From: an uncultured bacterium
GTDB taxonomy: Bacteria > Hydrogenedentota > Hydrogenedentia > Hydrogenedentales > JAEUWI01
NCBI GenBank assembly: GCA_963977445.1
Contig: CAXBPH010000066.1
Coordinates: forward strand, 1 to 28,639
DNA length: 28,639 bases
Direction: 5' to 3'
The position numbers and the translations under genes were made by a program. Within the stretch, counting starts at the first letter, position 1. Each line of letters begins with the position of its first letter. The notes beneath the pieces are model-generated. The model had not been told where the DNA came from, did no database searches, and saw only the letters and a list, made by a program, of their open reading frames with translations. This document shows, piece by piece, positions 1 to 7,738 of the stretch.

Positions 1-41
1 ATCCAATACGGTCGCCTTAACTACTCACGTTATTTTTGGAA

Positions 42-120
42 GTCCCCGAAGGCGGAGATCCAGTAACGCGAACACAGACACCGTGCATACCCTCTGGATT
101 CCCGCCTGCGCGGGAATGAC
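42..120. repeat. REP/dRS3-like inverted repeat pair (REPIN-like)
   Basis: 94-120 CTGGATTCCCGCCTGCGCGGGAATGAC contains ATTCCC-N8-GGGAAT (98-117). 42-63 GTCCCCGAAGGCGGAGATCCAG is a degenerate reverse complement of it. Confidence 0.7.
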
Positions 121-183
121 GTTGTGGCGCTAAATACAGGTTGGTCGGCTCTCATCGTGCTCCGCACATTAAATCCAAGCTAA

Positions 184-221
184 TCCACCGGCTCCACCGG
201 CTCCACCGGCTCTGCCGGTGG
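184..221. repeat. 9-bp tandem repeat (TCCACCGGC x3) ending in hairpin CCACCGGC-TCT-GCCGGTGG
   Basis: Three exact units at 184-210. The last unit pairs perfectly with 214-221 (8-bp stem, 3-nt loop). Confidence 0.8.
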
Positions 222-252
222 TTGCTGATTCGACAGCCCCTGTAACGTGGAT

Positions 253-1182
253 TCAGGATTTTTTTCGGTCTTGCGGTGTTAGAAATCCATCGCCATTGCG
301 ATCATGTCGGTCAAAATTTTCCCGTGTCATCTCGGGACGCGCCGCTTTGGACTCTTCAAAGGAGAGTTTGCCGTCTCCATTGGTGTCCCCTTTTCTCATT
401 TTCTCTGCGCCGTCCGTTGTCTTCTTTTTCTTCGGCGTTGTTGCTTTTTCGCCGTCCTGAACCCCATCTCCTCCCTTGCGCGCCATATCGCTCTGGTCCA
501 GTTTTCCATTCTTGTCGCGATCTAATGCGGCGAAGGTGCTGGCGGGGAAGCCCGGTTTGGCGATCTGGATTTCGGCCAGGGTCAGCTCCGCGTTCTTATC
601 GCCATCGTACTGGGTCATCAGTTTTGCGAGATATTCGCTGTTCGCCGAGCTCTTTTCTGGCGCTTTCTTTGGTGCTTTTTTTGGTGTTTCGCTTTCCGTT
701 GCCGCCGGTTTGGCCGTTGCCTTTGCCGGAGCGGGCTTGGGGAACTCACTCATCTCCAGATAGCCGTCGTTGTTCTTATCCACGGCAGCAAAACGTTCCG
801 CCTTGGCTTTGGGGAATTGGGCCTTGAATTCATCGGCATCGACGCGTCCATCCCCATTTTTATCCGCACGGCCGAAAACATTGGTGGCCTCATGCTGCGG
901 TCCCTTGGGAAGCTCGCTTTTTTCGAGGAATCCACTGCCATCCTTATCCAGTTGCGTGAAGCGGGCGGCGGGAAATTGGGGGCGCCTGGCATGAATCTCA
1001 TCCAGACTGACCCGCCCATCCTTGTCGGCATCGACCGCCTTAAAAAAGGCCCCCGGTGTGGCGTGTTTGCCTTTTGGTGTTTTTTTCGCGCCATCGGCAG
1101 GTGTTTCCGGAGCGGCCTGGGCCAGTGCCGTCAGGGAAGTCCCAAGGAGGGTAATAAGTACCGCGTGTCGATAGGGGAACAT
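253..1182 (-). CDS. Secreted multi-EF-hand calcium-binding protein (8 EF-hand loops)
   Basis: ATG 1182 preceded by AGGAG; signal peptide MFPYRHAVLITLLGTSLTALAQA. Loops DADKDGRVSLDE, DKDGSGFLEKSE, DKNGDGRVDADE, DKNNDGYLEMSE, DGDKNAELTLAE, DRDKNGKLDQSD, DTNGDGKLSFEE, DRNGDGFLTPQD. Confidence 0.9.
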   Translation of the reverse strand: MFPYRHAVLITLLGTSLTALAQAAPETPADGAKKTPKGKHATPGAFFKAVDADKDGRVSLDEIHARRPQFPAARFTQLDKDGSGFLEKSELPKGPQHEATNVFGRADKNGDGRVDADEFKAQFPKAKAERFAAVDKNNDGYLEMSEFPKPAPAKATAKPAATESETPKKAPKKAPEKSSANSEYLAKLMTQYDGDKNAELTLAEIQIAKPGFPASTFAALDRDKNGKLDQSDMARKGGDGVQDGEKATTPKKKKTTDGAEKMRKGDTNGDGKLSFEESKAARPEMTRENFDRHDRNGDGFLTPQDRKKS

Positions 1183-1414
1183 AGAAGGTATCTCTCCTGT
1201 TACGTTTGGTTGAGGGCCAAGTACACCAGCGTCTACAGGCACCTGGCTATTACGTTGGGCACACTCCTTTAACCCGGAGAATCGACGGAGGTTCCAACGG
1301 GCTGTTATGGCGAGCGAAAACCAATCACTGGTTGACCTCGCAGGCAACGGGGACTACAATCGGCACGTGTTTTACATTGGTAAGCGCACGGAACCGAATC
1401 GCAGGAGAGTATTC

Positions 1415-2752
1415 GTGGATCTGACCGATCTCAAACAGCAATTTGTAGCAATGTATCCGGAATCAGGCACACCCTTTGTCTGTCGTGTGCCCGGTCGGGT
1501 AAATCTTATGGGGGAACATCTGGATTATAACGGTCTGCCGGTCTTGCCCATGGCCATCGACCGCGCCATTTACATGGCATTCGCCCCCAATAGCGGGTCG
1601 GAGATACGAATCGCCAATAGGGATGCACGGTTTTCTCCAGTCACCTTCGAGAACGTGACTCCCCTTGAGCCATCGACGGGGGGCGCGTGGGAAAATTATG
1701 CCAAGGCTGCAATCGCCGGTCTGAATGCCCATTTTAGTCCCGAAAAGCATCCCGGAATGGATGTCCTCATCACCAGTGATTTGCCTCCGGCGGCGGGACT
1801 CAGCTCCTCGTCGGCCCTTGTCGTTGGATTCGGAATGGCCTATCTGGCCGCAATGGGGTTGACCTTGGGGCGGGATATTACCCGGCTGGAACTTGCCGGG
1901 CTGCTGGCGAATGCCGAGCATTATGTAGGGACGGCGGGTGGCGGAATGGATCAGACGGCCATCCTTCATGGAACGGCAGGGTGTGCAACCCGCATAAACT
2001 TCCTGCCCTTCCAGGTCGAGCAAGTCCCCCTGCCCAAGGGTGTCGAAATCCTTGTCTGTGATTCCCTGGTAGAAGCCCGCAAGTCTGGCGGTGCATTGGA
2101 CTTCTACAACGCAGGTCCCGCGGCATGCAGCCTGATTACCGCGCTGGTAAATACCCATCTGCAACAGGATTTTGGCGAAGACTTTGCCATCGAGTGCCTT
2201 GGCGAGCTCTGGTATGGTGACCTGTGTTTCAATCGGAAGGAAGTGGAAGCGCTATTTGCCTCGATTTTACCCGCCGCTCACACTACGCCCTCGGAACTGG
2301 CTACCCGTCTGAATATGCCACTTGCCCAGTTAAAGGAATATTGGCTGGATGAGATTCCCTTTGGTGAGGCGGGACTGCCCCTGCAGGCGCGGGCCCGTCA
2401 CGTCATGACCGAGTTTTACCGCGTGGAGGAAGGCCGGGATGCGTTACTTGCCGGGGATGGGGCGACCTTCGGTGCCCATATGAATGCCTCCCACCAGAGC
2501 TGTGCCAACGACTATGAAATCAGCACGCCCGAACTGGATGGATTGTGTAAAATTTTGAACGACGCGGGGAGTTACGGGGCCCGTCTGACGGGGGCCGGCT
2601 TCGGTGGTGCCGTGGTTGCGATGGTTCCGGTGGCGAGTAAAGACGCGGTTTTCGCGGCCGTACAGACGGAATATTATGGAGGTCGAACTCAGGCGGACGG
2701 GGCATCTCCGGCCTTCTATGTGACGGCGAGTGCAGGCGCTTTACACCTTTAG
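1415..2752 (+). CDS. galK: Galactokinase / N-acetylgalactosamine kinase family GHMP kinase
   Basis: PGRVNLMGEHLDYNG, PPAAGLSSSSA and GARLTGAGFGG motifs. GTG 1415 preceded by AGGAG is preferred over the ORF start at 1307. Confidence 0.85.
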   Translation: MDLTDLKQQFVAMYPESGTPFVCRVPGRVNLMGEHLDYNGLPVLPMAIDRAIYMAFAPNSGSEIRIANRDARFSPVTFENVTPLEPSTGGAWENYAKAAIAGLNAHFSPEKHPGMDVLITSDLPPAAGLSSSSALVVGFGMAYLAAMGLTLGRDITRLELAGLLANAEHYVGTAGGGMDQTAILHGTAGCATRINFLPFQVEQVPLPKGVEILVCDSLVEARKSGGALDFYNAGPAACSLITALVNTHLQQDFGEDFAIECLGELWYGDLCFNRKEVEALFASILPAAHTTPSELATRLNMPLAQLKEYWLDEIPFGEAGLPLQARARHVMTEFYRVEEGRDALLAGDGATFGAHMNASHQSCANDYEISTPELDGLCKILNDAGSYGARLTGAGFGGAVVAMVPVASKDAVFAAVQTEYYGGRTQADGASPAFYVTASAGALHL

Positions 2753-2776
2753 CAGTATATGCATTATATATGGGGG

Positions 2777-2805
2777 TTGCGTTTTTTAACACTTTAGCCT
2801 AGAAT
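2777..2805 (+). promoter_or_regulatory. sigma70-type promoter for the Zn-finger/TPR gene
   Basis: TTGCGT (2777-2782) - 17 nt - TAGAAT (2800-2805) in an AT-rich intergenic region. Confidence 0.6.
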
Positions 2806-2934
2806 AAAGTGTGAAAAGCGAATCCGTGTGTAATGTAGAAGTTACACCGTGGCCTACGGGTCAACATGATCAGACCGGAGAGGGGAGGCTTTGGTCATGG
2901 TCGCGGTGTGAGAGGGCTAATTCAGGAGCGTACC

Positions 2935-3891
2935 ATGCAGTGTTCCGAACATCCATCAAATGACGTCATTGGCTATTGCAATGTTTGCGGCGATCTCGGC
3001 TGCGAAACCTGTATCAAGGAGCACGAGGGCCAGCTTTATTGCCTGACCCACTTCAAGCCCTTCCAGGACGAGATTGAGCGAAAGCAAAAGCAGGAAGCCC
3101 AGCTGTCACGACGTGAACGGCAACGTCTGGTGGCGCGGACCCTGGATGGCGATACGTTGTATGGCGTTTGTTTTTCGCTGAATGTGAACAGTGATGGATT
3201 TCATCTGGATCTGGTGGATAAGAAGGGGCAACCGCATGGCAAGACCCGACGGGTGGCGTTTCGGGAGTTGAAGGCGGTCTACTACGTAAAAAGTTTTGAC
3301 GGAAATTTTGACCATTCCATCGTATATCGTGAACCCAACAGCCTTGGCTCCCCGGTCGTCGTTGAATTCAGTGATGGCGAAACGTTGCGTGGTAACATAT
3401 TCAATTCCTACCGGGGGGAGCAGCCCCGATTTTATCTGATTCCAGGGGAAGAAAAGTCAAACAACATCAGTGTGTTGGTGGAGCGCAGTGCCATAAAAGG
3501 CGTTTTCGATCCGGCGGAGTATCGGGAGCAGAAGCACCACGCGCTGGAGCAATATCTGGAAGACCACGCCGGTGATGGTTTGGGTAAGGAGGAGTGTGTT
3601 GGTGACTACTATTTTCATCAACACGACTATCAGCGCGCCATGAAGCACTACCGCGCCCAACTTCGGGAAAGCGGGGAGACCCCCCGGGTGTCTAAGAAAA
3701 TTCTTTCGTCGCAGTACAATATCGGCATAAACCATATTAAGGCCCACCACTATGAGCGGGCACTGGAGTATATGGAGGCCATATTGGCGGCCGATCCCGA
3801 TAATGTCAAAGCCAATCAAAAAGCGGCGAAATTGCGCAACGCCCTGGAGCGTCGCCGTAAGCACAAGATGGAGCATTCCCCACGTGATTAG
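2935..3891 (+). CDS. Hypothetical protein: N-terminal B-box-like Zn finger, duplicated beta-rich (DUF6982-like) domain, C-terminal TPR
   Basis: ATG 2935 after AGGAG. CxxH...CxxC...CxxC...CxxH at the N-terminus; two similar segments LVARTLDGDTLYG / VVVEFSDGETLRG; TPR-like helices GDYYFHQHDYQRAMKHY and GINHIKAHHYERALEYMEAILAADPDN. Confidence 0.8.
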   Translation: MQCSEHPSNDVIGYCNVCGDLGCETCIKEHEGQLYCLTHFKPFQDEIERKQKQEAQLSRRERQRLVARTLDGDTLYGVCFSLNVNSDGFHLDLVDKKGQPHGKTRRVAFRELKAVYYVKSFDGNFDHSIVYREPNSLGSPVVVEFSDGETLRGNIFNSYRGEQPRFYLIPGEEKSNNISVLVERSAIKGVFDPAEYREQKHHALEQYLEDHAGDGLGKEECVGDYYFHQHDYQRAMKHYRAQLRESGETPRVSKKILSSQYNIGINHIKAHHYERALEYMEAILAADPDNVKANQKAAKLRNALERRRKHKMEHSPRD

Positions 3892-3911
3892 ATAATTTCC
3901 CTCACACTATC

Positions 3912-3950
3912 GCCCGCCCGCCTGGTGTAATGCCCGCGCGGGCTTTTTTT
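3912..3950 (+). terminator. Putative intrinsic terminator
   Basis: GCCCGC...GCGGGC stem followed by T7, about 20 nt after the stop codon. Confidence 0.55.
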
Positions 3951-4027
3951 CGTTCTGTTATATCCGGTACACTCCTTGGCGGAGGTTATTTCGTGTATTT
4001 AGCAGGATATAAGGGCCCTTTCGCGTC

Positions 4028-5053
4028 ATGATGGATTTGTCTGTTCGAGCGCAACTGGAGGCCCGGGAAGCCCAGACACTCAGTGCTTACGCTGTCCAAT
4101 CGGCAAACACCCAGGGGCGGGTGGGTCCCGAAGTGGACGATGCCTATAGAACGGCCTTTCAACGGGATCGGGATCGCATTCTTCATACGAAGGCTTTCCG
4201 TCGACTCAAACGGAAGACCCAGGTGTTTTTGGCACCCATTGGGGATCATTTCAGAACCCGCCTGACCCACACCCTTGAGGTCGCGCAGATTTCCCGGACT
4301 GTTTCCCGGGCGCTCTTTCTCAATGAAGATCTTACGGAAGCCATCGCGCTGGGCCATGATCTGGGCCATACCCCCTTTGGCCATGCCGGCGAGGCGGTGT
4401 TGAATGAAGTGTACGCCCCCGGGTTTCGCCATTTTGAGCAGAGCCTGCGTGTGGTCGAAAGGCTGGAGAAACGTCGACATGGGCGGGGGCTGAACCTTAC
4501 CCATGAAGTGCGGGATGGCATTCTTTATCATTCCAAAGGTAAGGCGGTGCTACAGGGCCGCGTCAGCGAAGGTCCCAACACGATGGAAGGCGGCGTCGTC
4601 AGCGTGTGTGACGCCATAGCCTACATCAACCACGATATTGATGATGCCATCAGCGCCGGCGTAATCACGTTGGCAGACTTGCCCCGTGACGCCGTGTCGG
4701 TGCTGGGTGCCCACAACTCCCAGCGGATTGACCGTATGGTAGTCGCACTGATTCAGGGAAGTCAGGATGGCAGGCTGGGCATCATTCCCGAGGTGCTGGA
4801 AGCCATGAATGCCCTGCGGGATTATATGTATGCCGAGGTATATCCCTGCGAAGCCATCGATAGAGAGATTAGAAAATCTAAGCGCGTACTTCGTGAGCTC
4901 TATTTCCACCTCCTTGAGGATCCGGTATCGGAAATACTGGACGCCGACCCCGAGGATACGCTGGAGCGTCGCACCGTCGATTTTGTTGCGGGGATGACCG
5001 ATGAGTTCGCCCTGAAGCTCTATCAGCAGAGATTCTTTCCAATTTCATGGTAG
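4028..5053 (+). CDS. dgt: Deoxyguanosinetriphosphate triphosphohydrolase (HD-domain dNTPase, short form)
   Basis: RTAFQRDRDRILH, AFRRLKRKTQVF, RTRLTHTLEVAQI, GHDLGHTPFGHAGE, DAIAYINHDIDD and DFVAGMTD motifs. Confidence 0.95.
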   Translation: MMDLSVRAQLEAREAQTLSAYAVQSANTQGRVGPEVDDAYRTAFQRDRDRILHTKAFRRLKRKTQVFLAPIGDHFRTRLTHTLEVAQISRTVSRALFLNEDLTEAIALGHDLGHTPFGHAGEAVLNEVYAPGFRHFEQSLRVVERLEKRRHGRGLNLTHEVRDGILYHSKGKAVLQGRVSEGPNTMEGGVVSVCDAIAYINHDIDDAISAGVITLADLPRDAVSVLGAHNSQRIDRMVVALIQGSQDGRLGIIPEVLEAMNALRDYMYAEVYPCEAIDREIRKSKRVLRELYFHLLEDPVSEILDADPEDTLERRTVDFVAGMTDEFALKLYQQRFFPISW

Positions 5054-5772
5054 GGGCTTCCTTCGATGGCTTTTCCCCGGGGGAGTCGCCCATTGGGGTC
5101 GTGTCGGGATCGGGCATCAATCTCCGTCCATTGCTCGACACCATTTACGAAGAGCGCAGCTTCGCTGAAGCGGGGGGGCTTTCGGGAAGCGGTGTGCTTG
5201 GCCACGACGGCGCCTTTGTATACGGCCGCTGTGCCGGTGTTCCTGTGGTCTTGCAGGCCGGGCGGATTCATCTCTATGAGGGCCATACCCCCGAGCAAGT
5301 CGGCACCACGGTTGACGTGCTTCACGAATTTGGCGTTCGCACCCTTATCCTCACCAATGCCGTTGGCGGATTGGACCCCGCCCTGACACCGGGATCGCTG
5401 GTCTCGGTTAGCGAAGTGAAGACCTGGCCCTATGAAGCCCATGCAATTCGCGGGCCGCTGGCACCGGATTTTCTTATCCCCGGCTGTGACGCGACGGGGA
5501 GGTATATGTGGGTCCACGGTCCGTGCTACGAGACCCGGGCGGAAATTGGGGCACTTCAACGTTTGGGTGCCCTTGCGGTGGGGATGAGTTTGCCCGTGGA
5601 ATTGCAGCGAGCAACGGCATTGGGCATCAAGACCGGTATTATTTCCTGTGTGACCAATGACTGCACGCGAACGGGAATCAAGCTGACCCACAGTGAAGTC
5701 GTGGATACGGCGCAAAAAGCATCGCTACGGTTGGCACATCTGATTCGGTCCTACGTCACGTCGGAAGTATAG
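5047..5772 (+). CDS. Purine nucleoside phosphorylase (trimeric PNP/MTAP family)
   Basis: GSGI, GHDG, GRIHLYEG, LTNAVGG, GPCYETRAE, VGMS and VTN motifs; overlaps the dgt stop by 7 nt. Confidence 0.85.
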   Translation: MVGASFDGFSPGESPIGVVSGSGINLRPLLDTIYEERSFAEAGGLSGSGVLGHDGAFVYGRCAGVPVVLQAGRIHLYEGHTPEQVGTTVDVLHEFGVRTLILTNAVGGLDPALTPGSLVSVSEVKTWPYEAHAIRGPLAPDFLIPGCDATGRYMWVHGPCYETRAEIGALQRLGALAVGMSLPVELQRATALGIKTGIISCVTNDCTRTGIKLTHSEVVDTAQKASLRLAHLIRSYVTSEV

Positions 5773-5799
5773 CAAGTCAGAAGTTGCTGTGCTCGGGCG

Positions 5800-6399
5800 T
5801 CAATCCGGTTCCCCAAAAACCTGGGCGCTGAATCGATACAACTGACAATCATCCCCTTTCCAGGCGTCTGGATCGGCCCCCGCTTTTTTGGATACCCCTT
5901 CCAGAAACGTATTCAGATCCCACCCCTGCTCCAGGGGCACTTGTGGCAGCAGGAGACCACCGCCTTTTGAGCCGGCGTGGTCGAGATAGAGTCCATCTCG
6001 GCCGAGGCAAATCTCACTGATGTCGTCTACCGGAATGAAAGGTGAGTCGGCACGTCGGCCCGGGCAAAGCGCGGAAACTTCGATGCGGATGTCGGGTAAC
6101 TCGTCCAGGGAAACGGGTGTGAATCTGGGGTCCCGTGCGGCCGCGTTGATGGTATTGTCCCGCACGGCCCGCGCAAGGGACTCGATATTTCGGGTGTGGC
6201 CGATACATCCGCGCAGCACGCCCGCCGATCGCAGGGTGACGAAGGCACCGTGGGGGGCCTCCAACTCCGCTGTCAGTGTATATCGGGAAAGGGAGATCCG
6301 TTTCTTTTCCTGCGCATAAAAGTTCAGCGCGTCTCGGGCAATTCGGAGCAGTAATGCTTGTTCATCGCTACTCAGAAAGGGCGTGGCAATCTGGGTCAT
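5800..6399 (-). CDS. amrA: AmmeMemoRadiSam system protein A (AMMECR1 domain)
   Basis: GAFVTL...LRGCIG, RDPRFTPV..EL, IEVS.L, LLLPQVPLEQGW; ATGA overlap with upstream amrB. Confidence 0.95.
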   Translation of the reverse strand: MTQIATPFLSSDEQALLLRIARDALNFYAQEKKRISLSRYTLTAELEAPHGAFVTLRSAGVLRGCIGHTRNIESLARAVRDNTINAAARDPRFTPVSLDELPDIRIEVSALCPGRRADSPFIPVDDISEICLGRDGLYLDHAGSKGGGLLLPQVPLEQGWDLNTFLEGVSKKAGADPDAWKGDDCQLYRFSAQVFGEPD

Positions 6400-7511
6400 T
6401 CGGAGCTCCGTCCGCCAATGTTCGTGATGGTCATGGGCTTACCGGGTGCCTTAACGATGGGCGCTTCTTTGCCCCCGGCCACATCGGCCTTGGGTGCCGG
6501 CGGTTCTGTTCGGGGGCGGGGCTGCTTATAGAGGTAGAAATTCATGGAGGCATAGCTGACGCTGCGATTTTCATCATTGTAGAATCGCCCCGACGTGGTA
6601 CGCGCGAGGAGGGTGCCCCGGGCCTTGTCGGGCATCATGTGTAGCAGCAGACGCAGAGGATTGAGTCCACAAATAGGAACGCGTGATTTCTTAATAAAAT
6701 TCTCAAAGGCTTCCGGGTCGTTTTCGGACAGGATATCCAGGCCGGTCTGGTCGAGCTGATCCACCTTGTTAAGGATATCGGTGTTGTAGGGGCGGAAACT
6801 GAAATCGTTCCCAAAGTGGGTAAAATCCGTACTCACCACGAGTAAGGTTTCGTCATCCACCAACTTCACCAACTGGCGGGCAATCGCTTTGGTCCGATCC
6901 TCGCTGTAACGTCCGCCCCCATCGGTCATATTGCCCACGAGGATGGGTATCAACTCAAAGTCACCAAGGCGATCCTGAAGAAAGGGCAGCACGATTTCGA
7001 TGGAATGCTCATATTCATGGAGGGGTTTACGTTCGCTCTTTGAGAGAAAGCCCTTGTTCATATGGCTGTAACGCATGGCGCGCGCACCAAAAAGTGGGGA
7101 ATAGGTTAGTTTCCGAATGGCTTCGCCATCGACCGGCACCAGACCCAGGGGGGTTGCATAGTAGTCGACCGCGGCGATAGAGCAATCCTCGAAGGCCATA
7201 TCGGCATGAGAGGCCCCCAGGACGATGACCCGTTTGTATTGACCTTTACGCAGATCTTTGAAGGCTTCCGCAGCGATTTTTCCGGAAATGCCATAGGGGC
7301 CGTGGGGCACGACACAGGCCACCAGAGGTTCCGACGGTGCGATGCTGGTGGTCTCTGAAAACAGGCGGGTGACCGCTTTTTGCAGTCCTTCCGTCGTGTC
7401 GGGCATGAGACTGCCTGCACTGGCACACAGGTGCACCGTCACCTCAGTTGCAGGCACGCATACCGCAGCTACAAGTATGAATGCGGTGGCGAAATAAAGA
7501 TGTAATCTCAT
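6396..7511 (-). CDS. amrB: AmmeMemoRadiSam system protein B (Memo family) with N-terminal signal-like peptide
   Basis: VPHG, LGASH, TPLG.VPVD, HEYEHSIEIVLPFLQ, STDFTHFG, ICG. AGGAGG lies upstream of TTG 7517 / ATG 7511. Confidence 0.92.
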   Translation of the reverse strand: MRLHLYFATAFILVAAVCVPATEVTVHLCASAGSLMPDTTEGLQKAVTRLFSETTSIAPSEPLVACVVPHGPYGISGKIAAEAFKDLRKGQYKRVIVLGASHADMAFEDCSIAAVDYYATPLGLVPVDGEAIRKLTYSPLFGARAMRYSHMNKGFLSKSERKPLHEYEHSIEIVLPFLQDRLGDFELIPILVGNMTDGGGRYSEDRTKAIARQLVKLVDDETLLVVSTDFTHFGNDFSFRPYNTDILNKVDQLDQTGLDILSENDPEAFENFIKKSRVPICGLNPLRLLLHMMPDKARGTLLARTTSGRFYNDENRSVSYASMNFYLYKQPRPRTEPPAPKADVAGGKEAPIVKAPGKPMTITNIGGRSSE

Positions 7512-7618
7512 TGTCAACTATCCTCCTGCCGATCGTGTCTGTGATTGCACGATTTACCCTCTAACGATAGCACAGCCCATGACAAAGTAGATAGATGCAT
7601 AGAAAATACATCTATGGC

Positions 7619-7647
7619 TTGTGGAGAATGAAAAACAGGCGTATACT
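7619..7647 (+). promoter_or_regulatory. sigma70-type promoter for the EF-G2 gene, with an upstream dyad
   Basis: TTGTGG (7619-7624) - 17 nt - TATACT (7642-7647); inverted repeat ATAGATG/CATCTAT at 7591-7615 just upstream. Confidence 0.5.
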
Positions 7648-7738
7648 GAAAACCGTAGTGGCCGGGTTCCCCTGGCGCTGAGGATGGCGAAGGGTGTTAC
7701 CGGTCAGGAGAATATCTACCCAGTCGGAGGGAATACTC

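Noticed and set aside
184..221. CRISPR array
   Set aside because: The units are 9 bp with no spacers, and there are no cas genes in the window.
5040..5053. Programmed frameshift fusing Dgt to PNP
   Set aside because: No canonical slippery heptamer; the ATGGTAG overlap is explained by ordinary translational coupling.
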